From assembly GCA_029263295.1 (NCBI GenBank), contig JAJCXT010000055.1, forward strand, positions 17,085 to 81,084: a stretch of DNA of 64,000 nt, written 5' to 3'. The DNA comes from Acidobacteriota bacterium (GTDB taxonomy: Bacteria > Acidobacteriota > UBA890 > WLXD01). A model generated the notes under the pieces. The model saw only the letters and a list, made by a program, of their open reading frames with translations, was not told where the DNA came from and ran no database searches. Shown here piece after piece: positions 55,725 to 64,000 of the stretch. Both the position numbers and the translations under genes were made by a program. Numbering within the stretch: position 1 is the stretch's first letter; each line of letters opens with the position of its first letter.

Positions 55725-56018
55725 ATGACCAAGGCCGAAATGGCAACGAAGCTGTCCGCGAAGTGCGATCTGTCTCAGGCAAAAGCCGCCGAGGTAATCG
55801 ACTGCATCTTCTCGACCAAGGACCGTGAAGGCATCATCGCGATCGAACTCGACGCTGGGCGCGAAGTCTCGATCGCCGGCTTCGGCAAGTTCGAGACGCG
55901 CAACCGCGCAGCGCGCATGGGCCGTAACCCGGCTACGGGCGCGACGATTCACATCGCAGCGACCACAGTCGCCGCGTTCAAGTCCGCCAAGGGCCTGAAG
56001 GATCGCGTCGCCCAATAG
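55725..56018 (+). CDS. hup: HU family DNA-binding protein
   Basis: MTKAEM..., V.IAGFGKF...RAARMGRNPATG..I.IAA....AFK....LKDRV. Confidence 0.93.
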   Translation: MTKAEMATKLSAKCDLSQAKAAEVIDCIFSTKDREGIIAIELDAGREVSIAGFGKFETRNRAARMGRNPATGATIHIAATTVAAFKSAKGLKDRVAQ

Positions 56019-56043
56019 GTGGCCCTCGCGACTAGCAGCTCTT

Positions 56044-56080
56044 AGGGCGCCCGACGCAGACAGCGTCTGGCGCCCTTTCT
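56044..56080 (+). terminator. Putative intrinsic terminator after hup
   Basis: AGGGCGCC-C-GACGC-AGACA-GCGTC-T-GGCGCCCT stem-loop followed by TTCT (short T tract). Confidence 0.6.
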
Positions 56081-56129
56081 GCATCAACTTCTGCATCAAC
56101 GGGGATACGAAGCACTGATCACCGACCCG

Positions 56130-57254
56130 ATGGCCATCGCTGTGATCCTGGCAGGGATCGTGTGGCTCGCCCTGCAAATGGAGCGCCGCCTGCCAGCGTT
56201 CAAGGCCCTTGGCGCCGCGCTGGTTGGCATCTTGCTGGGGATGCTGCTGTCCAACACCGGGGTGCTACCTGGCACTTCGCCTACCTACGCGTGGCTCGCC
56301 AGCACGGGTGTGAGCCTCGCTGTGGTCCTGATTCTCCTGAACGTCGACATCGCCTCCGTTCGTTCCGCCGGCCCGCGCATGTTCGGCGCTTTCGTGATCG
56401 GCGCCGTCGCCAGCGCCGTGGGCGCCATGGTCGCGTTCCTTGCCGTTGGAGCGGCTGTCGGGCCCGAGGCCTGGAAACTCGCCGGCCAGTTCACCGGCAC
56501 GTACACCGGCGGCGGCATGAACTTCGCCGCGCTCGGCCGCGCCCTCAACACCAGCAGCGACATGTTCACCGCTGGCATCGCGGCCGACGTCGCCCTGACC
56601 GCTGTCTGGATGGCGGCCTGCCTCATTGCACCCCTGGTGCTGGGTAGCGACCCTGTCGCTAAGGAGCCTGACGATGCGGGCGGCCCCGCCGCGGAGGGAG
56701 GCGTCGCGCAGGCGCTCGCGAGCAGTCTGCGACCGCTGGCTATCGCTGACCTGGCGGCGCTGGTAGCGATCGCGATTGGGACGCTGTGGCTGGCCGGACG
56801 GCTCGCCGCGGTGATGCCCTTCCTACCGGAGGTGCTGTGGCTGAGCACCATCGCGCTCGCGCTCGCTCAGATTCCAGCGATTCGCACCCTGGCAGGCGGT
56901 GCGCTGCTGGGTAACTACCTGTTGCTGCTCTTCCTGGCAGCCAACGGTGCACAGTCGGTACTGGCCAACATATTCCGCGTCGGGCCGGCGATCTTCTGGT
57001 TCGCGGCCATCACGATCACCGTGCACGGCGTGGGAATTTTCGGCATCGGCAGACTCTTCGGTATCGACGCAGGCACGCTGGCGGTTGCGTCGCAGGCAAA
57101 CGTCGGTGGGCCGGCCTCGGCGGTCGCCCTGGCTGGCGCCCGCGGCTACACCGACCGCGTCCTGCCCGGCGTGGCAGTGGGGCTCCTCGGATATGCCGTG
57201 GGCAACTACTCCGGCTTCCTGGTCGCAAACCTGGCCCGGGCGTGGCTCGGCTAG
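56130..57254 (+). CDS. DUF819-family membrane protein
   Basis: LLSNTGVLP, GTYTGGGMNF, VASQANVGGPASA, GLLGYAVGNY.G; about 10 TM. Confidence 0.85.
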   Translation: MAIAVILAGIVWLALQMERRLPAFKALGAALVGILLGMLLSNTGVLPGTSPTYAWLASTGVSLAVVLILLNVDIASVRSAGPRMFGAFVIGAVASAVGAMVAFLAVGAAVGPEAWKLAGQFTGTYTGGGMNFAALGRALNTSSDMFTAGIAADVALTAVWMAACLIAPLVLGSDPVAKEPDDAGGPAAEGGVAQALASSLRPLAIADLAALVAIAIGTLWLAGRLAAVMPFLPEVLWLSTIALALAQIPAIRTLAGGALLGNYLLLLFLAANGAQSVLANIFRVGPAIFWFAAITITVHGVGIFGIGRLFGIDAGTLAVASQANVGGPASAVALAGARGYTDRVLPGVAVGLLGYAVGNYSGFLVANLARAWLG

Positions 57255-57354
57255 ACGCAGCCCGAGCGCAGACGGGCTCCCGCGGCAGAAGTCCGACAGG
57301 CAAACGGCGCATACTGGGCTCCTGAGCTCACTCCCCCTACGCTGGAGAAACCTA

Positions 57355-58992
57355 ATCTCCCGACAGCCCGTTACCGGCAACCTGAGCGGCCTGCAGACTT
57401 CGCAGCGTCGCGCTCTCGACCGGACCTTCCGCCGCAGGGTTCCACCCGACCGCGTCGTCACCAATGAACTGGCGCGACATCTGGCCGCGATCTCGCGCGA
57501 AACCGGACGCCAGATCGGCGTCCTGATAACTCGCGAAGGAGCCATCCGCCACGTCATCGTGGGCGATGCTCACGAACTCATGCTCCCCGATATCGGGCGG
57601 CTACGCGGCGGCGCGGGACGGTTCCGCGGCCTGCGGCTGGTGCACACGCATCTGCGCGGCGAGGCGCTGACCACCGACGATCTCAGCGACCTCGCGCTGC
57701 TGCGTCTCGACATGGTGGTTGTCGTCCAGGCCACCGACGAGGGCGGGGCCGGCGCGGTCGAAGCCGCCTACCTGGATCCCGCTCTCCTGGCCGGCGACGA
57801 CGACGCAGCCCCCGCCGAGCCCTTCGTTCACGTCTACGCTCCCGACGCCCGCGCGCTCGACCTCGACCTTGTAGCGACGATGAACGCTCTCGAGGACGAG
57901 TTCGACAGGGTGATCGCAGCCGCCCGTGGTCCAGCCGACGCCGAGCGCGTCCTGGTAATCGGCGTGCGCATCGAGGATCGCCACTTCGAGGAAACTCTCG
58001 AACTCGTACGCTCCGCAAACGTGATCATTGCGGGTTCTCTGCGGCAGCGTCGCAAGCACGTTCATCCGCGGACAATCGTCGGGCGCGGCAAGCTGCAAGA
58101 GATCATCCTGGAGGGTATGCGCCGCAGCGCCGATGTCGCGATCTTCGACGTCGACCTCAAGCCCGCCCAGGCCCGCGCGTTCGAGGATGCCACCGGCATG
58201 AAGGCTATCGATCGCACCCAGCTGATCCTCGACATCTTCGCCCAACGCGCTCACAGTCGCGACGGCAAGCTGCAGGTCGAGCTGGCCCAGTTGCGCTACT
58301 CGCTGCCGCGACTCACCGACCAGGATGCGGGCCTGTCGCGACTCACAGGTGGCATCGGCGGCCGCGGCCCAGGTGAGACGGTGATGGAAATCGGCCGACG
58401 GCGGATTCGCGATCGCATCCGGCGACTGGAGAAGCAGGTCGCGCAGCTGTCCAAGCAGCGAAACCTGCGACGCCAGCAGCGACAACGCCAGGGTGTGCCC
58501 GTGCTCTCCATCGTCGGCTACACCAACGCCGGCAAGAGCACGCTCCTGAACGCTCTCACGTCGTCGGACATCGAGGCCTCGAGCCGCCTCTTCATGACGC
58601 TGGATCCGACGAGTCGTCGGCTGCGGTTTCCGCAGGAAGGCGAGGTGATCATCACCGACACTGTGGGGTTCATCTCCGAGCTCCCCCCTGACCTGGTCGA
58701 GGCGTTCCGCGCGACGCTCGAAGAACTCGAACATGCCAGCCTGCTGCTGCACGTCGCCGACGCCTCCGATCCACATGTCGACGACAAGATCGACGTCGTC
58801 AACGAACTCCTCACGGAACTCGATCTTGGTGATGTGCCGACGCTGTGCGTACTGAACAAGGCCGATGCGGTAGATCCGGAGGAACTACAGGCGTTGGTGG
58901 CCCGACACCAGGCTGTGGCTGTCAGCGCGCTGCGCCGCGAAGGGCTGGAGCGTCTCATCAGCGTGGCGGAGGCCCGTCTGTCAGCGCGCTGA
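57355..58992 (+). CDS. hflX: Ribosome-splitting GTPase HflX, long form; probable ATC start
   Basis: G1 [12 protein letters not shown]2 LFMTLDPT, G3 DTVGFI, G4 [32 protein letters not shown]-terminal GN..GL...RLRG.RLVHTH extension. Confidence 0.93.
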   Translation: MSRQPVTGNLSGLQTSQRRALDRTFRRRVPPDRVVTNELARHLAAISRETGRQIGVLITREGAIRHVIVGDAHELMLPDIGRLRGGAGRFRGLRLVHTHLRGEALTTDDLSDLALLRLDMVVVVQATDEGGAGAVEAAYLDPALLAGDDDAAPAEPFVHVYAPDARALDLDLVATMNALEDEFDRVIAAARGPADAERVLVIGVRIEDRHFEETLELVRSANVIIAGSLRQRRKHVHPRTIVGRGKLQEIILEGMRRSADVAIFDVDLKPAQARAFEDATGMKAIDRTQLILDIFAQRAHSRDGKLQVELAQLRYSLPRLTDQDAGLSRLTGGIGGRGPGETVMEIGRRRIRDRIRRLEKQVAQLSKQRNLRRQQRQRQGVPVLSIVGYTNAGKSTLLNALTSSDIEASSRLFMTLDPTSRRLRFPQEGEVIITDTVGFISELPPDLVEAFRATLEELEHASLLLHVADASDPHVDDKIDVVNELLTELDLGDVPTLCVLNKADAVDPEELQALVARHQAVAVSALRREGLERLISVAEARLSAR

Positions 58993-60132
58993 GAACCAGC
59001 CCGCGAGAACTCCCTCCGCCGGCTTGCCGCGAGGCGTGAAATCGCTGTTGCGCAGTCCACCCCAGGCCGGCGCCGTGTACCAGTTCCAGAAATAGACGCC
59101 GGCGATGTGGGGCTCCGGGTCCGCACCGAACACGTCGCGGATGCACCGGTAGATCAGCCCCTGACCCTCGGGGTCCGGCGCCTGGCGGTCGTGCCACTCC
59201 CATGGCTGATAGGCAGACCCGACGGCCGACTTGTATCCGACCTCGGTAAGTAAGACCGGCCGGTCGAAGCGTACGGCAACGGCCTCCAGGCGCTCCCTGA
59301 CGGCGTTCAGGCGCACACGACAGCCCGTCGTCGACAGAACGTCCTCCGGCCCGTCGAGGAGCGGCCAGAAGGCGTCCACGCCCACGAAATCGACCGCGTC
59401 CCACCAGGTCGCGGCCTCGAACTCCCGGTCCCAGTTCGCCGCGTAGGTCAGGAATCCTGGGTATACCTGCCGCAACTCGGCTGCGAGTTCACGCCAGAAC
59501 TCTGGATGTCCGATCGCGACCGCGGTGAGTTCGGAGCCGATCGAGATCCCCGCTACTCCGAGTTCGGCGGCCAGGCCCGCGTACTCCAGGAGTGCCGTCT
59601 GATAGCTCTCGGACCACGCCGGCCAGTCGGCCGCCGCAGGATCGATATCGCCACGCCAGGCACCATCGTCCCGCTCTGCCAACCACAGGTGCGGCTTGAG
59701 CAGCACCGCAAGACCACGATCATGCGCCGCGACAACGACCGCGCGTGTCTGTGCATCGATCGCTCCACGCGAGGGCTCCCAATAGAACTCGCTGTCGCCC
59801 AACCGGCGCTGAAAAAAACTCGGGATGACGGCCACATGTCCCACGCCGAGTTCGACGAGGACATCGAGAGCGCTCTCGATCTGGCTTTCGTCGAGCAGGC
59901 CGCCGTAGTCGCCGATCGGCTGGAGGTTCATACCGCGATGAAAAGCCGCGGGTAGCGGCGACGCTGCGAGATCCTGCGGGGCCGGTTCAACAGGATCGAG
60001 CGTTGGGTTGCAGCCCGCGAGAACGACCAGCGTCGCCAGGAGAAACCCTGCCGGGGTGCTGCGAAAGGCGATGCTGCAAGAGGCCGGGAGATGCCGGGCG
60101 GGCCGGGTGGTCTTTGTCATCGGCGCTGTCAT
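58981..60132 (-). CDS. Glycoside hydrolase family 113-like lipoprotein (paralogue 2)
   Basis: Lipobox LAGC; LLKPHLW, WRGDI, SIGSEL, LTYAANW, FWPL, PVLLTEVGYKS, FTPRGKPAE. Start uncertain. Confidence 0.82.
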   Translation of the reverse strand: MTAPMTKTTRPARHLPASCSIAFRSTPAGFLLATLVVLAGCNPTLDPVEPAPQDLAASPLPAAFHRGMNLQPIGDYGGLLDESQIESALDVLVELGVGHVAVIPSFFQRRLGDSEFYWEPSRGAIDAQTRAVVVAAHDRGLAVLLKPHLWLAERDDGAWRGDIDPAAADWPAWSESYQTALLEYAGLAAELGVAGISIGSELTAVAIGHPEFWRELAAELRQVYPGFLTYAANWDREFEAATWWDAVDFVGVDAFWPLLDGPEDVLSTTGCRVRLNAVRERLEAVAVRFDRPVLLTEVGYKSAVGSAYQPWEWHDRQAPDPEGQGLIYRCIRDVFGADPEPHIAGVYFWNWYTAPAWGGLRNSDFTPRGKPAEGVLAGWFSAR

Positions 60133-60205
60133 GCGCAGATGGTAGATCATCCGCGCCTCCAGCAGCCCGCCGTGCGGGCGCAAGCCGTGATTGACCCGTT
60201 GTGGG

Positions 60206-61669
60206 TCAGCGTTTCGACCCGCCTTGGGGCAGGGAACCTCCGGGCGCGGCGAAAAACGGCGCGAGCGCGCTGGCCGGCACCGGGCGCGTCAACCGGCTCA
60301 CGGCGACAAACAGGACGAGGCTCGACAGAACCCCGGCGAAGATTGGATCGATGCCCCAGGGATAGGCCGGCCCCTGCAACCGCCAGGTCATGAACGCCGT
60401 GAAGCCGCCCAGCATCGACGCGATGGCGCCGGCGGTGGTGCCGCCACGCCAGTTCAAACCGAACAACACCGGCACGAAGAAGAACGAGGCTATGATCTTG
60501 CCGTAGTCGACGACGATCTCCTGCATCAGACCCATATCGACGAACGTGAGGCCCAGCGGAATCAGCCCCACGAGCAGCACGCTCCATCGGTTGACCCTCA
60601 ACTTCTCCGCCTCACTCGCGGCTGGCCGGACGAGCTTGCCGTAGAGATCGTGCGAGAGCCCCGCGGCGCTGATGATCATGATCGAATCGCAGGTGCTCAT
60701 GATCGCGGAGATCGCGCCGACCAGCAGCAGCGATCCCGCCAGTGGCGGCAGCACCTGCAAGGCGAGCACGCTGCTAGCGAGATCAGGCGTCGGCAACATC
60801 GGGAAGAGAGCTCGGATGCCGAGTCCAGCGACAAGGGCCACGCTACCGATGACCGCCTGGAACACGAAGGCGATCCCGATAGCGAGACGCACGGTCGCTA
60901 CGTCGCGCATCGCGTAGATCCGAGCAATTTGGTACGGGGCCGTGGCCCCGCTCAGCGCGAACGCGAGCGCGAACACCGTGACTTCGCCGAAGCCGAAGTA
61001 CCAGCCGGTCAGGCGTGGGTCGAGGCCGCTCAGCAGCCGCCCCATGATCTCGAGGCCGCCGACGCGATAGAGCAGCAGCGGCACCGCCACGCAGAACGCC
61101 AGCACCATCACGAGCGCCTGCACATAGTCCGTGTACACGCTGCTGCGCATGCCGCCCATCCACGTGTACAGCAGCGTCATCAGCGCCACGACGAACACGC
61201 CGGCAAAGAACGGCCAGCGGAAGATCGCCTGGAAGATGATCCCGCCCGCTGTGTATTGCGCGGACAGGTAGACGGTATAGGCGACAACGATCAGCGTCGC
61301 GGATATGACGCGGGCCAATTCGGAGTTGTAGCGCACGGCGATGTAGTCGGGCACCGTCACGCCACCGAAGGCACGCAGCTTCGGCGCCACCCAGACCGCC
61401 GCGACGACCCATCCCATCCACATCCCCGGCCAAATCCAGACCCAGGAAACCCCCGACATGTAGTGGAACCCGATCGTCCCGACGACCGTGCCGGCGGACA
61501 ACTGCGTCGCCGCCAGTGTGGCACCGCCGACGACAGCGCCGATCGACCGTCCCGCCACGAGAAAATCGACCTCGGTATGAGTCTGGCGGTACGACCACCA
61601 TGCGATACCCATGATCACGGCGCCGTAGAGGCCGAGCACCACGAAGAACACCGTCGGCGCGTTAGCCAC
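60206..61669 (-). CDS. Sodium:solute symporter (SSS) family transporter
   Basis: DFLVAGRS, LSAGTVVG, TVPDYI..RY, YTWMGGMRS...TD..Q, ISAIMSTCDS; about 13 TM. Confidence 0.93.
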   Translation of the reverse strand: MANAPTVFFVVLGLYGAVIMGIAWWSYRQTHTEVDFLVAGRSIGAVVGGATLAATQLSAGTVVGTIGFHYMSGVSWVWIWPGMWMGWVVAAVWVAPKLRAFGGVTVPDYIAVRYNSELARVISATLIVVAYTVYLSAQYTAGGIIFQAIFRWPFFAGVFVVALMTLLYTWMGGMRSSVYTDYVQALVMVLAFCVAVPLLLYRVGGLEIMGRLLSGLDPRLTGWYFGFGEVTVFALAFALSGATAPYQIARIYAMRDVATVRLAIGIAFVFQAVIGSVALVAGLGIRALFPMLPTPDLASSVLALQVLPPLAGSLLLVGAISAIMSTCDSIMIISAAGLSHDLYGKLVRPAASEAEKLRVNRWSVLLVGLIPLGLTFVDMGLMQEIVVDYGKIIASFFFVPVLFGLNWRGGTTAGAIASMLGGFTAFMTWRLQGPAYPWGIDPIFAGVLSSLVLFVAVSRLTRPVPASALAPFFAAPGGSLPQGGSKR

Positions 61670-61772
61670 GGTCTCTCCGGTTGGCCCAGATCGCCCAGAC
61701 GAAATAGGCGACGCACCAGACTCCAGCGACCAGGAAGAAGGCCCAGAAGTTCCAGCCGAATCCGTCGTTCAT
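61662..61772 (-). CDS. 36-aa single-TM peptide, putative symporter accessory subunit
   Basis: MNDGFGWNFWAFFLVAGVWCVAYFVWAIWANRRDRG; GGAG SD; ATGA overlap with the upstream gene and 8-nt overlap with the SSS start. Confidence 0.7.
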   Translation of the reverse strand: MNDGFGWNFWAFFLVAGVWCVAYFVWAIWANRRDRG

Positions 61773-62470
61773 CGGGCCGACTCCACGAGACTTCGAGCGC
61801 GGCGACGGGCCCAGTACCAGCCGGCCAGGAGCATGCCAGCCGCGACGGCGAGCGACGTCCACTCCAGAATCCGGTGCGCCCACAGCCCCACACCGGCGTC
61901 GCCGAACACGACGTGAACCTGTGCCGGCACCGCCAGAGTCGCGGTGCCGAGTTCTCCGCTGCCGGTAGCGAGCAGCGGCGGGAACGAGTTGCCCGCGAAC
62001 CTGGCCCCGTCGGGTAGCCCAACGGTCAACTGGACCGAACGTTCCTCGCCGGTCGGAGTGGCCTCGGGCACAGGCAGGGCGAATCGATAGCGCGCGGGGG
62101 CCGCGTTCCGTACGCGGTACCCGATCGCCACGACTCCGACGCCCACCCCCTTGCCGGAACGCAGCGCCCGCATCGCGCTGCTACGTCGTTCCTCGGTGAA
62201 GGGCACGCTCTCACCATCGATCTGGAACTCGAACCGGTCGAGTCGCTGGCCCGGCAGGTCCGCGAGCAACACGACAACCTCGCCCTCGCCCTCGAGCCGG
62301 AAGAACGCTGAGACCGTCGCTGCGGTCGAATCCTCGATGTCGAGAGAGATCTCGGCCGACAGGAGTCGCGTCCCTTCGCCTTGCTCCTGAGGCGAAGCAC
62401 CGGCAGCATGGGCCGGCACGAAGGTGCCGAACACCACGGCGACGAGGACGGTTTCGCGTAGGCGTTTCAC
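61769..62470 (-). CDS. Hypothetical exported beta-rich protein with a C-terminal membrane anchor
   Basis: Signal peptide (AHA-A); C-terminal TM WTSLAVAAGMLLAGWYW followed by ARRRAR. Confidence 0.72.
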   Translation of the reverse strand: MKRLRETVLVAVVFGTFVPAHAAGASPQEQGEGTRLLSAEISLDIEDSTAATVSAFFRLEGEGEVVVLLADLPGQRLDRFEFQIDGESVPFTEERRSSAMRALRSGKGVGVGVVAIGYRVRNAAPARYRFALPVPEATPTGEERSVQLTVGLPDGARFAGNSFPPLLATGSGELGTATLAVPAQVHVVFGDAGVGLWAHRILEWTSLAVAAGMLLAGWYWARRRARSLVESAR

Positions 62471-62520
62471 GGGTTCGGCAGCTTCGCAGAGCCCGTACAG
62501 CTATGCAACCGGAGACTGGA

Positions 62521-64000
62521 ATGCGCTGGGCAATCGACCGTTTCGACAAGGAGGCGATGGAGGCCGCCCGCGGCGCCGTTTCCATCGACGAGCCGTGGCG
62601 CCTGCTGGAGCGGTTCGCGACGTTGGTTCGCGATAGCGGCAGCGAACACGAGCGCGATGCCGCCGAGTACATGCGCGAGCGTCTGGTCGATCTCGGCCTG
62701 CAACCCGAGGTCTATCTGCCCGACCTGTACATCAGCGTGCCGCGCAGCTGCGCCCTCGAAGTCATCGACCCCGAGCCGCTGGAGCTCGAGTGCAAGGTAC
62801 CCGCCTTCTCCCTCTCCACCGGGGACCACGCGGTAGAAGGCCAGGTGGTCGAGATTGCCACAGGCGCGATCAAGGACATGGCCGAGCTGTTCAAGTCCGA
62901 GGTGACCGGCGACCTCTCGCACGTGGCGGGCAAGGTCGTCCTGACCGACGGCTACGCCATGCCCAAGGTCGTAAGGCAGCTCGAGGAAGCGGGTGCGGCC
63001 GCGGCGATCTTCGTCAATCCCGGCAACTCCCATGAGGGAATTATCACCAACATCTGGGGAACACCTGGGATCGATGATCGGGACCGTATCCCCGAGATCG
63101 TGGTGCTCTGCGTACCGACGTCGGCCGGCGACGAACTGCGCCGCCGGCTCAGCCAGGGACACTGCACGGTGCGCATCGAAACCGAGTTGTTCGAGGGCTG
63201 GGCCCCCTGCCCGGTCGTGGTGGTCGACATTCCCGGCGCCACGGATGACTTCGTCCTGCTGCACGGCCACTACGACTCCTGGCATGAGGGCATCGGCGAC
63301 AACGCGGTCGGCGATGCGGCACTTCTCGAAGTGTCGCGTGTTCTCTGGGGCGTGCGCGACAAGCTGCACCGCGGCGTGCGCGTGGCTTGGTGGCCGGCGC
63401 ACTCCACCGGACGCTACGGCGGCTCCACCTGGTTCGCCGACGAGTTCGCCATGGAACTGCGCGACCACTGTGTGGCGCAGATCGACGTCGACTCCCCCGG
63501 CTGCAAGTGGGCCACCGAGTACACCCAGGTGATGTGGATGGCAGAGGCCGAGCAACTCGCGCGCGAGTCGATCCGTGCCGGTGCCGGCGCCGAGTCCAAG
63601 GGCATGCGGCCGCTGCGTGCCGGCGACTACTCCTTCAACCAGATCGGGCTCAGCAGCTTCTTCATGCTGCTGTCGAACATTCCGGAAGAAATCGCCAAGG
63701 AGAAGGGCTTTTACCCGGTCGGTGGCTGCGGCGGCAACAGCAACGCCTGGCACACGGAGGGCGACACGCTGGACGTGGCCGACGCAGACAACCTCCTGCG
63801 TGACATCCACGTGTACGTGGAAGCGGTGGTGCGGTTGGCCACCGCCCCCTTCCTGCCGTTCGACCACCGCGCCGCGGCACGGGAGATCGGCGAAGCGGCC
63901 GCGGAGTATGCGGAGGCATGCGAGGACGCCCTCGACATGAACCCGGTGCTGGAAGAGTGCGCGGCGCTGATCGCCGACCTCGACGAGTTCTACGACGCGG
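62521..64000 (+). CDS. M28-family metallopeptidase with a PA domain, 3' end outside window (absent from the ORF track)
   Basis: GGAG SD + ATG 62521; translated by hand: MRWAIDRFD...LVRDSGSEHE...IWGTP...FVLLHGHYDSWHEGIGDNAVG...AWWPAHSTGRYGGSTW...DVDSPG; no stop before the window end. Confidence 0.88.
   Translation, partial: MRWAIDRFDKEAMEAARGAVSIDEPWRLLERFATLVRDSGSEHERDAAEYMRERLVDLGLQPEVYLPDLYISVPRSCALEVIDPEPLELECKVPAFSLSTGDHAVEGQVVEIATGAIKDMAELFKSEVTGDLSHVAGKVVLTDGYAMPKVVRQLEEAGAAAAIFVNPGNSHEGIITNIWGTPGIDDRDRIPEIVVLCVPTSAGDELRRRLSQGHCTVRIETELFEGWAPCPVVVVDIPGATDDFVLLHGHYDSWHEGIGDNAVGDAALLEVSRVLWGVRDKLHRGVRVAWWPAHSTGRYGGSTWFADEFAMELRDHCVAQIDVDSPGCKWATEYTQVMWMAEAEQLARESIRAGAGAESKGMRPLRAGDYSFNQIGLSSFFMLLSNIPEEIAKEKGFYPVGGCGGNSNAWHTEGDTLDVADADNLLRDIHVYVEAVVRLATAPFLPFDHRAAAREIGEAAAEYAEACEDALDMNPVLEECAALIADLDEFYDA

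Noticed and set aside
56899..57354. Long N-terminal extension of HflX from the track's GTG start
   Set aside because: Overlaps 356 nt of the DUF819 gene and reads as non-protein-like; SD + ATC at 57355 fits better.
60191..62017. 608-aa plus-strand ORF
   Set aside because: Antisense to the well-supported SSS operon; R/H/D-rich composition typical of shadow frames.
62467..63867. 466-aa minus-strand ORF in the track
   Set aside because: Antisense shadow of the plus-strand M28 peptidase, which the track omits because it has no stop in the window.
1..64000. CRISPR array, tRNA/rRNA, transposase, integrase, prophage or defence genes
   Set aside because: No regularly spaced repeats or diagnostic motifs seen. 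Recurrent sequences such as GAGATCGGCGTGCGCATGGCG are conserved codons of paralogous permease motifs. A diverged small RNA could have been missed by eye.

Overview
High-GC bacterial chromosomal segment. The gene content (many ADOP-type permeases with PadR partners, a Ser/Thr kinase with a TolB-like propeller, tricorn protease, DUF885, DUF3500) suggests Acidobacteriota or a similar lineage such as Gemmatimonadota; this is inference. About 52 CDS are supported, including two cut by the window edges: an SBP56-family C-terminus at the left and an M28 peptidase at the right that the ORF track lacks. I saw no rRNA, tRNA, CRISPR array, transposase or integrase. The dominant feature is six PadR + duplicated ABC-permease (ADOP) cassettes with no ATPase of their own, three of them in tandem. 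The PadRs fall into three sequence classes. Each class is matched by a class-specific N-terminal cytoplasmic prefix domain on the permease and, less cleanly, by a class-specific AT-rich palindromic operator. Several permeases also have an internal SD + start codon just after the prefix. Together this suggests insulated PadR/permease signalling pairs. Other notable points: an NDP-hexose 2,3-dehydratase joined by an apparent -1 frameshift to a start-less GT2; hflX apparently starting at ATC; several apparently leaderless genes; an AKR-Rid fusion operon; two GH113-like paralogues; and an SSS transporter with a 36-aa partner peptide. All family calls come from motif recognition by eye; no database searches were run.
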